Source: a virus (lineage: Duplodnaviria; Caudoviricetes). From it: a stretch of 30,911 nt of DNA. Below are positions 15,861-25,183 of the stretch, in pieces (position 1 is the stretch's first letter; the number at the start of each line of letters is the position of its first letter). The notes under the pieces were generated by a model. The model was given only the letters and a program-made list of their open reading frames with translations, did not search any database and was not told where the DNA came from. The stretch lies in the IMG/VR virus record IMGVR_UViG_3300037424_001954, positions 1 to 30,911 of that record, one strand, 5' to 3'. The translations under genes and the position numbers were made by a program.

Positions 15861-16895
15861 ATGCCCCACAGAACGCTGAAACTCTTCACCGCCGAGACCT
15901 GCACCGCGATGAAGGAAATGGACGTGCAGGAGCGCCGGCAGAAGCTGTGCGGCGTGCTGACCGCCTTCTTCCAGAACAAGATGCCCAACACCCCGCTGGC
16001 GGTGGAGATCGCCAAGGAGATGGGCGTCGACCAGGAGCTGGTGACCAAAATGTTCACCTTGCTCGCCGCCAAGGGCGCCACCGGCCCGTCGGATGCGCAG
16101 AACGTGATGAACCGCCAGCTGGTCACCGCCGGCGTCTTCTACCCCGGCGTCGTCGATCCGCTGCTCGACTTCGGCTTCGAGGAGCTCTTCGACTTCGTCG
16201 ACATGCGCAATGCCCAGCAGACCAACTTCGACATCCTGGACGTGACCAACGCCATCACCTTCGCCGAGGTGAAGAGCGGCGAGCGGATGAAGAAGTACGG
16301 CATCTCCGACGGCAAGAGCACCGTCGAGAAGATGGTCATCGCCGCCGCCATCGGCATCCTCGACGACTGGATCAACTATAACCAGTACTGGAACCTCAAC
16401 CAGGCGGCGATCGAGGCGAAGAGCAAGTACTTCGACAAAATGGCCACCGACCACTACGCGGTCATCGCCGCTGCCGCCCAGGCGCAGGCCTTCGCCACCG
16501 ACGACATCACCACCATCAACAACGCCTGCGCCGACATCCTGGTCGACTGCGCCGCCAAGGGATTCACCCTGACCGGCAACGAGACCTTCGAGCTGCGCGC
16601 CAACATCACCCTGAAGCAGCGCATCGAGAAGGCCTTCAGCCTCACCTTCAACAGCCCCAACGAGGACAATAACCAGTTGGTGCACACCCTGCAGCGCAAG
16701 TACAGCACCAAGCTGGCGACCACCGAGTACTACGTGGTGCTGCCCCGCCGCAAGCTCAAGCGCGGCATCTGGAGCGATCTGTCCGCCGAGACCGACCGCG
16801 ACATCCTGATACGCGGCACGGATGTGGCCTACGTCGGCGAGTACAACATGGCCGTCGGCGAGGTGCAGCAGGTCCGCAAGTGCGCCCTGTCGTAA
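15861..16895 (+). CDS. Major capsid protein
   Basis: 344 aa, position after protease and decoration genes, strongly biased codons, GGAGGA RBS, followed by a terminator. Confidence 0.72.
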   Translation: MPHRTLKLFTAETCTAMKEMDVQERRQKLCGVLTAFFQNKMPNTPLAVEIAKEMGVDQELVTKMFTLLAAKGATGPSDAQNVMNRQLVTAGVFYPGVVDPLLDFGFEELFDFVDMRNAQQTNFDILDVTNAITFAEVKSGERMKKYGISDGKSTVEKMVIAAAIGILDDWINYNQYWNLNQAAIEAKSKYFDKMATDHYAVIAAAAQAQAFATDDITTINNACADILVDCAAKGFTLTGNETFELRANITLKQRIEKAFSLTFNSPNEDNNQLVHTLQRKYSTKLATTEYYVVLPRRKLKRGIWSDLSAETDRDILIRGTDVAYVGEYNMAVGEVQQVRKCALS

Positions 16896-16916
16896 CCGGG
16901 GCGATAGCCTGAGCAC

Positions 16917-16946
16917 GGGGGAGGAAGCGAACTTCCTCCCCCTTTT
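16917..16946 (+). terminator. Rho-independent terminator after the capsid gene
   Basis: GGGGGAGGAAG-CGAA-CTTCCTCCCCC-TTTT. Confidence 0.75.
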
Positions 16947-16973
16947 CAGACCCTCGACCCGGAGCCCGCCCGC

Positions 16974-17402
16974 ATGCCCAAGATCACCACCACCGACCTC
17001 GGAAAAATGGGCTTCAAGCCGGCCATGTTCGACGTGGACGAAACCGGCTGGGGCGAACTCGCCACCGAGATCATCGGCGAGCAGTCGGCCCTGCTGCAGG
17101 GGCGCATCGGCGCGGCCCTCTACGCCTCGACCGACGCGGCGATCGCCGCCCTGGTCAAGCGGGCGGAAAAGGCGATCGCCGCCGCCGACCTCTACCAGGT
17201 GCGCTTCAACCGCATCGCCGAGACCATCGACAACTCGGACGGCGCCGACGCCACCAAGCTGCGCCGGACGCAGAAGCAGTATGCGGACGAGGCCGAGAAG
17301 CTCATCGAGCGCATCCTCTACGGGGCGCAGGCCGCCACCTCGGACGACTTCGCCTTCGGCGCCGCCGTCTCCTCCCATTACGACGACGCGGAGAGTGCCT
17401 GA
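16974..17402 (+). CDS. Probable head-tail adaptor
   Basis: Helical 142-aa ORF directly after the capsid gene; positional inference. Confidence 0.55.
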   Translation: MPKITTTDLGKMGFKPAMFDVDETGWGELATEIIGEQSALLQGRIGAALYASTDAAIAALVKRAEKAIAAADLYQVRFNRIAETIDNSDGADATKLRRTQKQYADEAEKLIERILYGAQAATSDDFAFGAAVSSHYDDAESA

Positions 17403-17875
17403 TGCTCGCCATCCGCGCCGACATCCAGGGCGACAAGGTGGTGATCCAGGGCCTTTCCTATTTCGCCGGGCGCTTTCCCGCCGCCGTCGAGCGCGGCCTC
17501 GGCCGTATCGGCAAGGGCGTGTTCCGGGAGGCGCACGGCTACCTTTCCGGCCCCGGTGCGAAGGCCTCCGGCATCAGCCCGGGCGGCTACCCGGTGCCGG
17601 TGCGCACGGGGCATCTGCGGCGGCTGCTCGGCTGGCTCAAACCCGGGCAGAGCAAATCGGCCGAGGGGCTCACCTTCACCGCCGGCAAGATGGAGATCGT
17701 CGTTTTTAACAGCGCCGAGTATGCCCGGACGATCCACGAGGGGACGGGTTCCTCTTCGGATTACGGCGAGCGGGCCTTTCTTGTCGACGGCTTCCGCCGC
17801 TTCAACGGCAACGGCCGGGCCGCCGAGATTATCGAAGAGGAAGTAGGCAAAGAAATCAGCAAGGGGGGCTTTTGA
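17402..17875 (+). CDS. HK97 gp10-like neck/tail completion protein
   Basis: PVRTGHLRR and NSAEYARTIHEGT motifs. Confidence 0.7.
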   Translation: MLAIRADIQGDKVVIQGLSYFAGRFPAAVERGLGRIGKGVFREAHGYLSGPGAKASGISPGGYPVPVRTGHLRRLLGWLKPGQSKSAEGLTFTAGKMEIVVFNSAEYARTIHEGTGSSSDYGERAFLVDGFRRFNGNGRAAEIIEEEVGKEISKGGF

Positions 17876-18177
17876 GTTTGCCGATCGAGACCATCATCAT
17901 CGCCGTCGCCAACGTCGGAGCGGTTATCTTCCTGGTCAAGCGGGTGGTCGACCGGGTGGACAGACACAGCGACATCCTGCCGCAGGTGGTGGAGTCGCTG
18001 CGGACAATTAGTGAATCGCAGAAGACCACCGCCGCCGGGCTCAAGGAGCTGTTTAACAGCCGCAACGAGCATGCCGAGCGGCTCAAGGAGATCGAGACCA
18101 CCCACAAGATCAACAAGTGCGACGCCGGCGGCCGCCGGGTCTACGATCCGGCGTGCCGGACGGCGGTGGGGGGATGA
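17872..18177 (+). CDS. Membrane-anchored coiled-coil protein (holin-like lysis accessory)
   Basis: One N-terminal TM segment plus coiled coil; upstream of the amidase. Confidence 0.55.
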   Translation: MSLPIETIIIAVANVGAVIFLVKRVVDRVDRHSDILPQVVESLRTISESQKTTAAGLKELFNSRNEHAERLKEIETTHKINKCDAGGRRVYDPACRTAVGG

Positions 18178-18347
18178 TGGACGCCTGTTTCTGCAACCGC
18201 GACCGCCGGCAGCAATGCTGCGTTGCCGAATGTAAGACGCCGAGCTCCGGCGAGAACGGCTGCTATCCCTGCCATTGCTCACGCGGCGCCGAGCGCTGCC
18301 TGCACACCGGGCAGCTCAAGGCCGACCGCCAGAAGGGACGCCCATGA
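18174..18347 (+). CDS. Small Cys-rich hypothetical protein (57 aa, 9 Cys)
   Basis: ATGA overlaps with both neighbouring genes. Confidence 0.55.
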   Translation: MMDACFCNRDRRQQCCVAECKTPSSGENGCYPCHCSRGAERCLHTGQLKADRQKGRP

Positions 18348-18790
18348 AACGCTTCACCACTCCGCCCTCCGGGATCTGCATCCATCACAGCGCCACGCCC
18401 GACGGCGACCATCTCGACACGGCGGCGATCCGCCGCTACCACATCCAGGCCAACGGCTGGGACGACATCGGCTATCACGCCCTGGTCGAGCGGGTCGGCG
18501 GCGAGGTGCGGGTCATCCCCGGCCGCCCGATGGAGTTCCAGGGCGCCCACTGCCCGGAGCTCAACGCCACGCATCTGGGCCTGTGCATCGTCGGCAATTA
18601 CGACCTGGCGCCGCCCGACTCCGATCTGCTCGATGCCGCCGCCGCCTGGTGCCGGCAGCAGATGGAGCGCTACGGCATGGCGCTCAAGGACATCGCCTAC
18701 CACTGCGACTGGTCGAGTAAGACCTGCCCGGGCCGGCAGTTCCCGAAGGGCGGCTTCTTGCTCGCGCTGGCTGGAGAGGAGAGACCCTGA
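18344..18790 (+). CDS. Endolysin, N-acetylmuramoyl-L-alanine amidase (Amidase_2)
   Basis: IHHSAT, GWDDIGYH, GAHC and H...KTCPG Zn-binding motifs. Confidence 0.9.
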   Translation: MKRFTTPPSGICIHHSATPDGDHLDTAAIRRYHIQANGWDDIGYHALVERVGGEVRVIPGRPMEFQGAHCPELNATHLGLCIVGNYDLAPPDSDLLDAAAAWCRQQMERYGMALKDIAYHCDWSSKTCPGRQFPKGGFLLALAGEERP

Positions 18791-19209
18791 TGGACATCAC
18801 CGGACTCGGCACCGCCATCGTCGGCATCGGCGGCAAGCTCATCGACAAGTTCATCCCCGACCCGGCGCAGAAGGCCGCGGCGCAGCTTGAGCTGATGCAG
18901 ATGCAGCAGACCGGCGAGCTCAAGCAAATCGAATTGCAGATGAGCGCCATCCTCGCCGAGGCGAACTCAACCGATCCCTGGACCAGCCGGGCGCGGCCGT
19001 CGTTCATGTATGTCATGTACTTCATGATTCTGGCCGCTATCCCCATGGGGTTTCTTCACGCGTTTCGCCCCGACCTTGCAATCTCCATTGCCGAGGGGAT
19101 GAAGGCATGGCTTGCGGCACTCCCGGAAGAACTTTGGTGGCTCTTCGGCGCCGGCTACCTCGGCTACACCGGTGCCCGGACCTTCGACAAAAGGAAAGGC
19201 AAGAACTAA
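18790..19209 (+). CDS. Holin (3TM GTA-holin-like family)
   Basis: LIDKFIPDP...EANSTDPWTSRARP...LPEELWWLFGAGYLGY..ART.DK pattern with TM segments. Confidence 0.8.
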   Translation: MDITGLGTAIVGIGGKLIDKFIPDPAQKAAAQLELMQMQQTGELKQIELQMSAILAEANSTDPWTSRARPSFMYVMYFMILAAIPMGFLHAFRPDLAISIAEGMKAWLAALPEELWWLFGAGYLGYTGARTFDKRKGKN

Positions 19210-19258
19210 CCCCGCCCGGCGATCGTCGATCCTGGGCTGAATCCGGAGGCCGCTTTTC

Positions 19259-19699
19259 ATGCCATCTTTCGTCCCCACCCTCGCCGACGTGATCGAAACC
19301 CTGGAGGACGATACCGACCTGCAGAGCTTCGCCATCACCAAGTGGGGCAAGGAGATTACCGTCAAGCGGGCCTACAAGCGCCGGGTCGAGATCAAGCTCA
19401 GCGAGCTGCCGATCATCCTCGTCACCCGCCCCCGCCGCACCGCCCGCGAAGGCCTGGCCCGCCGCAAGGACTATCAGCACACCGTCCGCCTCTACGCCGG
19501 ATTCCACCAGACCGACCGCGACAAGGCCAACGATGAACTGATCGAGTTCGAGGAGCTGATCGACGCCGCCCTGATCAAAGACCGCACCCGCAGCAACACC
19601 GCCTCCGATACCGAACTGAACGCCGCGGAGAACGACGAGGGGGAGAACCACCCCACCTATTTCTCCGTGCTGGATTACGAAATTCTGAAACGCCACTAG
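19259..19699 (+). CDS. Probable tail terminator/completion protein
   Basis: 146 aa directly before the tail tube gene; ELPIILV motif; positional inference. Confidence 0.55.
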   Translation: MPSFVPTLADVIETLEDDTDLQSFAITKWGKEITVKRAYKRRVEIKLSELPIILVTRPRRTAREGLARRKDYQHTVRLYAGFHQTDRDKANDELIEFEELIDAALIKDRTRSNTASDTELNAAENDEGENHPTYFSVLDYEILKRH

Positions 19700-19711
19700 A
19701 GGAGACCCGCC

Positions 19712-20824
19712 ATGGCCATCAAGCAGAAACGCAACACCACCGTCTACGCCAAGATCCAGGCCAACAAGGGCGAGGCCGCCGTCATCGCCGCAGCCAATGC
19801 CCTGGACCCGGTGGGGGATTCCCCTTTCGTTCAGCCGAAAGGCGAGACGATTGATCGCGGGCTGATTCGCGGCAGCCGCTTCCCCTCAAAAAAGGCGATC
19901 GGCGGGCGATGGGGCGAGGGCTCGCTCAACCTGGAGCTGCGCGGCTCGGGCGTGGCCGGCACCGCGCCGGAGTTCGGTCCGCTGATGCTGACGCTGCTTG
20001 GCTCCGAACTGACCAACGCCGCCGGCACGGTGGCCGACATCGCGGCCACGACCACCGAATTCGACAGCGCCCTCTCCCTCACCGTCGGCCAGTTGGTGCG
20101 CGTCGCCATCGGCACGGGCTACGAGGTGCGGCGGATCGCCACCAAGAGCGGGGGCGGCCCCTACACCTACACCGTGCAGCGGGCCTTCAGCCAGGCACCA
20201 GCCGACGCCGCGGTGATCACCGCCGGGGTGACCTACACCCACCTGGGCAGCGAAGCAGAGAAATATTTCACCCTCGATCAGTACCTCGACGGGCTGCGCC
20301 TGCTCTGCGTCGATGCGGTCTGCGAGTCGCTCGCCTTCGGCGTGACCGAGCGCGAGGTGATCAAGGGACAGTTCGGCCTGCGCTCGCTCTCCTGCGCCGA
20401 ATCGGCGGCCGCCGACGCGCTGACCCCGGTCTGGGACGACACCGCGCCGCTGATCGGCACCGAGTGCAACCTGCTGCTGGCCGGGGCCGCCCTGAACATG
20501 AAGGGCTTCGAGTTCAGCCTCGCCACCCGCCGGGCCCGGGGCGGCATCAACACCGCCGGGTTCGGCGAAGCGCCCTGGAAGTCGCTGTTCGAGGCGCCCG
20601 GCAAATTGACCCCCTGGGTGGAGGATGCCGCGCCGCTCACGGCCTTCTTCGCCGCCACCCTGGCCGATATCGAGATGACCAAGGGGAGTGCAGCTGGTAA
20701 CATCCTGCACGTGCTCCTCGAGGATATCCAGTACACCGGCGCCGACGTCGGCGACGACGAGGGGGATTTCTCATGGGATCTGCCCTTCGAGATCACCGGC
20801 GCGGTGTCGATCGGGCTGTTCTGA
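19712..20824 (+). CDS. Tail tube (major tail) protein
   Basis: Beta-rich 370 aa; GEGSLNLELRGSGVAGTAPEFG motif; GAGGAG RBS; no sheath gene seen. Confidence 0.7.
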   Translation: MAIKQKRNTTVYAKIQANKGEAAVIAAANALDPVGDSPFVQPKGETIDRGLIRGSRFPSKKAIGGRWGEGSLNLELRGSGVAGTAPEFGPLMLTLLGSELTNAAGTVADIAATTTEFDSALSLTVGQLVRVAIGTGYEVRRIATKSGGGPYTYTVQRAFSQAPADAAVITAGVTYTHLGSEAEKYFTLDQYLDGLRLLCVDAVCESLAFGVTEREVIKGQFGLRSLSCAESAAADALTPVWDDTAPLIGTECNLLLAGAALNMKGFEFSLATRRARGGINTAGFGEAPWKSLFEAPGKLTPWVEDAAPLTAFFAATLADIEMTKGSAAGNILHVLLEDIQYTGADVGDDEGDFSWDLPFEITGAVSIGLF

Positions 20825-20851
20825 CCATTTTGCCGGCTCCGGCAAAATGGT
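20824..20851. repeat. Perfect 13-bp-arm inverted repeat
   Basis: ACCATTTTGCCGG-CT-CCGGCAAAATGGT directly after the tail tube stop. Confidence 0.7.
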
Positions 20852-20913
20852 AGTGGACACAATATCTAGTGCCCGTCCAGCTGGGTACCGGCACAACATG
20901 TAGGGGTTCTCCC

Positions 20914-21057
20914 ATGCGGACATTCTTCAAAGGCCTCTGGCATCTGCTCCGCCGGCCGCGATTCTTCCTCAAGGTCTGGCGCGAGAGCTACCGCAAACTG
21001 AAAGCGGACCCTCCTTCGCCAAAGGCTTCGGCGGGCAAGGGGGCCAAGCGTGGCTAA
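20914..21057 (+). CDS. Small basic hypothetical peptide (47 aa)
   Basis: MRTFFKGLWHLLRRPRFFLKVWRESYRK...; overlaps the tape measure start. Confidence 0.4.
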   Translation: MRTFFKGLWHLLRRPRFFLKVWRESYRKLKADPPSPKASAGKGAKRG

Positions 21058-22486
21058 AAACCGCGTCCAGATCATCATCAGTGCCCTCGATAAGGGCGTC
21101 ACGGCGACGTTCGGCCGGGTCGCCAGCGGCGTCAAGTCGGTCAAGGACTCTGTGTTTTCCCTCAAGGGTCTGCTCGCCGGCGGACTGGGCGCCCTCGGCC
21201 TGGGGGTGCTGGGCAAATCCTTCCTCGATGCCTCCCGCACCACCGAGAATTTCCGCATCCGCCTGGGTGTGCTGCTCGGCTCGGTGAAGGAAGGCAACCG
21301 CCTCTTTGACGAGATGGCGAAGTATGCCGCCAAGGTCCCCTTCGAGTACGAAGAGATCATGGCCTCGGCGACCCAGCTCGCCGGCATCCTCAAGGGCGGG
21401 GTGAAGGAAATCAAGGAGTGGATGCCGCTGATCGGGGATCTGGCCGCCGCGGCCGGCCTCGACATCAAGACCACCACCGAGCAGGTCAGCCGCATGCTCT
21501 CGGCTGGCGCGGCCTCGGCCGATCTCTTCCGCGAGCGCGGCATCCTCGCCATGCTCGGCTTCCAGGCGGGGGTCAGCTACAGCGCCGACGAGACCAAGAA
21601 AAAACTGATGGAGATGTGGCAGGCGCCGGAGAGCCGCTTCCGGGGCGCCACCGAGAAGCTGGCCCAGGGCTTCGACGGCATCATGTCCATGATCGCCGAC
21701 AAGTGGTTCGCCTTCCGCAACAAACTGATGGACTCGGGCGCGTTCACCGGCCTGAAGGAAACCTTCAAGGCGATCAACGCGGTCCTCGATAAGGCATTCG
21801 ACAGCGGCAAGGTGGACGAGTGGGCGGCCAGGATCGGCACGGCGGTGGTCGACGTCGGCCGCTGGATCATCACCACCATCCCCCGGGCGCTGCTGCTGGT
21901 GCTCGAAGGGGCGCACCAGGTGGGCAAATCCTTCAACGGCTGGTCGATGCTCTGGAGCGAGCTGCGCATCCAGTTCGCCGGCTTCATGGAATTCCTCTGG
22001 TCCAACCTGAACCGGGCGCGGGAGGCGACCACCGGCCTGCTGGAGGCGGCGAACGTCGGCGGCATGTTCGATGAGCAGATCGCCAACAGCAAGCGCATCG
22101 GCGAGGAGCAGCGGCTGATCCTCGCCGCCATCGCCGAGGACAAGGCCAAGGCGCTGCGGGACCAGCAGGCGGCCATCAAGAAGCAGGACGAGCAGAACCG
22201 GGCGGTCGAGGGGTACAGGAAGCAGATCGGCGAGCTGCAGACGGCGTTCAATGAATTCGTCAAACAGGTCGACGAGCGCATCGCCAAGGAAAAAGAACTC
22301 GCCAGCGTCCACACGGCGTCGACGAATCAGCAGATCAGCGACGTCGACCGTTATATTGCCAAGCTCAAGGAAGCCAAGGCCGCCAAGGTGGAACTGATCA
22401 GCCTCGACTTCCGCGGCGGCAACTACGGCGGCAGCCTCGACGGCCTGGAATCCGCCGTCCGCCAGGCCGAACGCACGGGAGGGTAA
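21050..22486 (+). CDS. Tape measure protein (short, 478 aa)
   Basis: VQIIISALDKG N-terminus, tape-measure domain (YAAKVPFEYEEI...LIGDLAAA), helical/coiled-coil composition. Confidence 0.82.
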   Translation: MAKNRVQIIISALDKGVTATFGRVASGVKSVKDSVFSLKGLLAGGLGALGLGVLGKSFLDASRTTENFRIRLGVLLGSVKEGNRLFDEMAKYAAKVPFEYEEIMASATQLAGILKGGVKEIKEWMPLIGDLAAAAGLDIKTTTEQVSRMLSAGAASADLFRERGILAMLGFQAGVSYSADETKKKLMEMWQAPESRFRGATEKLAQGFDGIMSMIADKWFAFRNKLMDSGAFTGLKETFKAINAVLDKAFDSGKVDEWAARIGTAVVDVGRWIITTIPRALLLVLEGAHQVGKSFNGWSMLWSELRIQFAGFMEFLWSNLNRAREATTGLLEAANVGGMFDEQIANSKRIGEEQRLILAAIAEDKAKALRDQQAAIKKQDEQNRAVEGYRKQIGELQTAFNEFVKQVDERIAKEKELASVHTASTNQQISDVDRYIAKLKEAKAAKVELISLDFRGGNYGGSLDGLESAVRQAERTGG

Positions 22487-22489
22487 GCG

Positions 22490-22741
22490 ATGAAAACCGA
22501 ATCCCTGCAGCTCTGGAAACGCTGCGTCGCCTGGCTCATCCGCATGGACGTGCTGGCGCAGGATAAATGGTTCGGCGGTAAGAAAGAGACCATCAGCGCC
22601 CATCTCGGCTACATGCAGGCCAGGCATGGCGGCCGCATCCCCTATCGCCGCCGGCCGCTGCAGGCGGCGCTCTCGCGCCTGCTCGACTGGATCGACACGG
22701 ACCATTGCAAAAACGCCTATCTCAGCCGGCAGGGAGGCTAG
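22490..22741 (+). CDS. Hypothetical protein
   Basis: 83-aa ORF coupled between the tape measure and tail-tip genes; ETISAHLG...DHC motif. Confidence 0.65.
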   Translation: MKTESLQLWKRCVAWLIRMDVLAQDKWFGGKKETISAHLGYMQARHGGRIPYRRRPLQAALSRLLDWIDTDHCKNAYLSRQGG

Positions 22742-25183
22742 ATGCTCCCCACCGGGTTTAAAATCGAAATCGAAGACGCCGCCCTCGACTGGCAGGATGT
22801 CACCGAGTCCGTCCAGTCCCTCACCGACGGCACCGGCAGCGAGGGGCAGGTGATCCCGACCATCACCCTGGTGTTCGCCGCCGATGTCGACGAGCTGGGC
22901 GCCCTGCTCGATCCGGAGGTGAACCGCGACCGCCCCCGCCTGCGGGTGACCGACGGGGCTCTGGTCACCTGGTGGCTGCTCGAAGGCCACGACGGGCAGG
23001 TGCGCAAGGGCCTGCGCTATCCGGTGCTGCAGGGCCGCGCCGCCGCTGGCCGCTGCGTCGATTTCCGGCCGCTCTCCTACGAGTGGCCCTTTGATCTGCT
23101 GGCCAGCCAGATCGCGCAGCAGGCCTGCGCCCAGGATGTCGCCAACCAGAGCGGCGCCGTGGTGCCGGTGCGCTGGCTGGCCTCCCTCGACCCGACCATC
23201 CCCGGCAAGCGCTACCGCGTCGCCAAGAAAAACCGGCTGGAGATTGTCAAGGAGATCGCCGCCGCCTGCGCCGCCTCGGTCCGCGTCTCGGCCGACGGCC
23301 AGGCCTTGGAAGTCTACGACCGCCCGGCCCGGGCCTTGACCGCCGCCGCGGTGCTTGATTTTGCCGAGGCGCTGTCTCTGAGCTACCGGATGGAGCGCAT
23401 CGACGCCCCGGCCAACGCCTGCCGCGTCCAGGGCGAAGTGCCGGACTACACCCGCCCCACCCTGCCGCGCCTGGAGGTGGAGATCATCCCGCCCTACATC
23501 GAAGCCAACGGCACGGCGACCGCCATCGCCCGGGCGCGGGTGTTCGACGGCAGCGGCCGGGCCGTGCAGCACCAGTCGGTCACCGACGAGGCGATCGCCG
23601 CCGGCAGCTATACCGAGATCCCCGTCAGCGGCTGCTTCGCCGTGCAGGGCGTCTGGGTCAACAGCGGCACGCAGGAGGAGCCGGTCAAGGGCGCCCGCAT
23701 CGAGCCGACCTCCTTCACCGCCTCCGTCATCACCGTCCCCACGCAGGCCTCGCAACTCTTCATCGTCTCCTATACCCGCGCCGAGTCCGTTTCGTGGAGC
23801 CTCGCCGATTATCAGGACCGCATTGACGGCGAGGCGCAAACTTCAACCGGGGCGATCACCGTTTCGACCGCCCAGCCGATCGGCCGGGTGCGCGGGGTGT
23901 ACCGGGCGAGCGATACCAACCGGACGGGCACCGACTATTTCACCGGCGGCTCGGCGACGCCGAACACCACCGCGATCACCCTCGGCATCTCGCCGGGCGC
24001 CGCCGGCACCGCCCTGATTGTCGATTATGATAAATACCACGGCCTGCCGGTCGTGGCGTCGCTGTCGCCGTCCTCCAGCCTCTGCGATGCGGGGGGATTC
24101 GCCGAGACGGTCATCGGCGCCGGCGAGACGGTCGGCACCGCCGTCGTCACCGCCGGCGCCCTGGGGCAGGAGGGCAGCGGCGAGCTCGCGCTCATCGGCA
24201 GCGCTATCGGCTCGCTCACCGTCACCATCGACCCGGCCGTGCTGCGGGCCCGGGCGGGCGATACGGGCAGCCCCGAGCTGGTGATCGATGAGGCCTGCAC
24301 GGTCGCCATCGATACCGACTCGGGGCAGAGCCACCGCTATGTGCCCGTCGACCGGAAGGTGCTCGGCGTGCAGTCGGTGGTCATCGACGGCCAGCCGCAG
24401 TCGGTCGCCTGGTGGAGCAACCCCGCCGAGGACGACCATCGCATCTACCTCAACGGCGGCGGCTACGGCTCCGCCGGGGCACTGGCCAGCTACACCTCCA
24501 TCGTCGGCGAGGTGGAGGACGACCAGTCGGCGACGGTCACCGCCGTCGTCCTCGATGCCGCAGGCCTGCCGGTCAGCGACGGCACGCCGGTCAAGTTCGA
24601 GCTGCTGGGGCAGACGGCCGGCGCCGAACTGGACGCCTATACGGGCTACACGACGGACGGCGAGTGCGCGGCGACCCTCACCGCCGGCGGCCTCGCCGAA
24701 TTCATCGTCCGCGTCACCGCCGGCCCGTTCCATTATGACGGGGTTGTCCGGGTGGTCGAAAACCCCAGCGCCGAGGAGGAGGGCGCCGAAACGGGCAGCG
24801 GCACCATCATCTGGCCTCGGCGCACCCGCTGCGGCACGAATTTTGTCGCCAACGCCGAGGATAAATGCTGCCGCGAGGTTCTCAAGGATTATGATGGTTT
24901 TGACGGGAAGGTTTGTGGCCGTCGGCGACTGATCGGCTGCGAAGGCGAGCCGCTGGCAGGGGTCAAGATAAGCATATGTAACAAAGAAATCTTAGTAGAG
25001 ACCGACGATGACGGCTGGTTCTCGTTCTGCTGCGGCGAAGAGGGACAGAATACCGGCGTGGCCCTGCTGAATGGCGAGCTGAAAGAAATTTCCTGGACTA
25101 TCGACCCGGCCGGCAGCGAGACACGAGGCCTCCCCGGACGCTTTTTCACCGAGGGCTGCGCGTCTCCGGAGTCCGACACATGA
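22742..25183 (+). CDS. Tail tip/baseplate protein with Ig-like (Big_1/invasin-type) domains and Cys-rich C-terminus
   Basis: Hub-like N-terminal region; TVTAVVLDAAGLPVSDGTPVKF...TTDGECAATLT Ig-like motif. Confidence 0.65.
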   Translation: MLPTGFKIEIEDAALDWQDVTESVQSLTDGTGSEGQVIPTITLVFAADVDELGALLDPEVNRDRPRLRVTDGALVTWWLLEGHDGQVRKGLRYPVLQGRAAAGRCVDFRPLSYEWPFDLLASQIAQQACAQDVANQSGAVVPVRWLASLDPTIPGKRYRVAKKNRLEIVKEIAAACAASVRVSADGQALEVYDRPARALTAAAVLDFAEALSLSYRMERIDAPANACRVQGEVPDYTRPTLPRLEVEIIPPYIEANGTATAIARARVFDGSGRAVQHQSVTDEAIAAGSYTEIPVSGCFAVQGVWVNSGTQEEPVKGARIEPTSFTASVITVPTQASQLFIVSYTRAESVSWSLADYQDRIDGEAQTSTGAITVSTAQPIGRVRGVYRASDTNRTGTDYFTGGSATPNTTAITLGISPGAAGTALIVDYDKYHGLPVVASLSPSSSLCDAGGFAETVIGAGETVGTAVVTAGALGQEGSGELALIGSAIGSLTVTIDPAVLRARAGDTGSPELVIDEACTVAIDTDSGQSHRYVPVDRKVLGVQSVVIDGQPQSVAWWSNPAEDDHRIYLNGGGYGSAGALASYTSIVGEVEDDQSATVTAVVLDAAGLPVSDGTPVKFELLGQTAGAELDAYTGYTTDGECAATLTAGGLAEFIVRVTAGPFHYDGVVRVVENPSAEEEGAETGSGTIIWPRRTRCGTNFVANAEDKCCREVLKDYDGFDGKVCGRRRLIGCEGEPLAGVKISICNKEILVETDDDGWFSFCCGEEGQNTGVALLNGELKEISWTIDPAGSETRGLPGRFFTEGCASPESDT

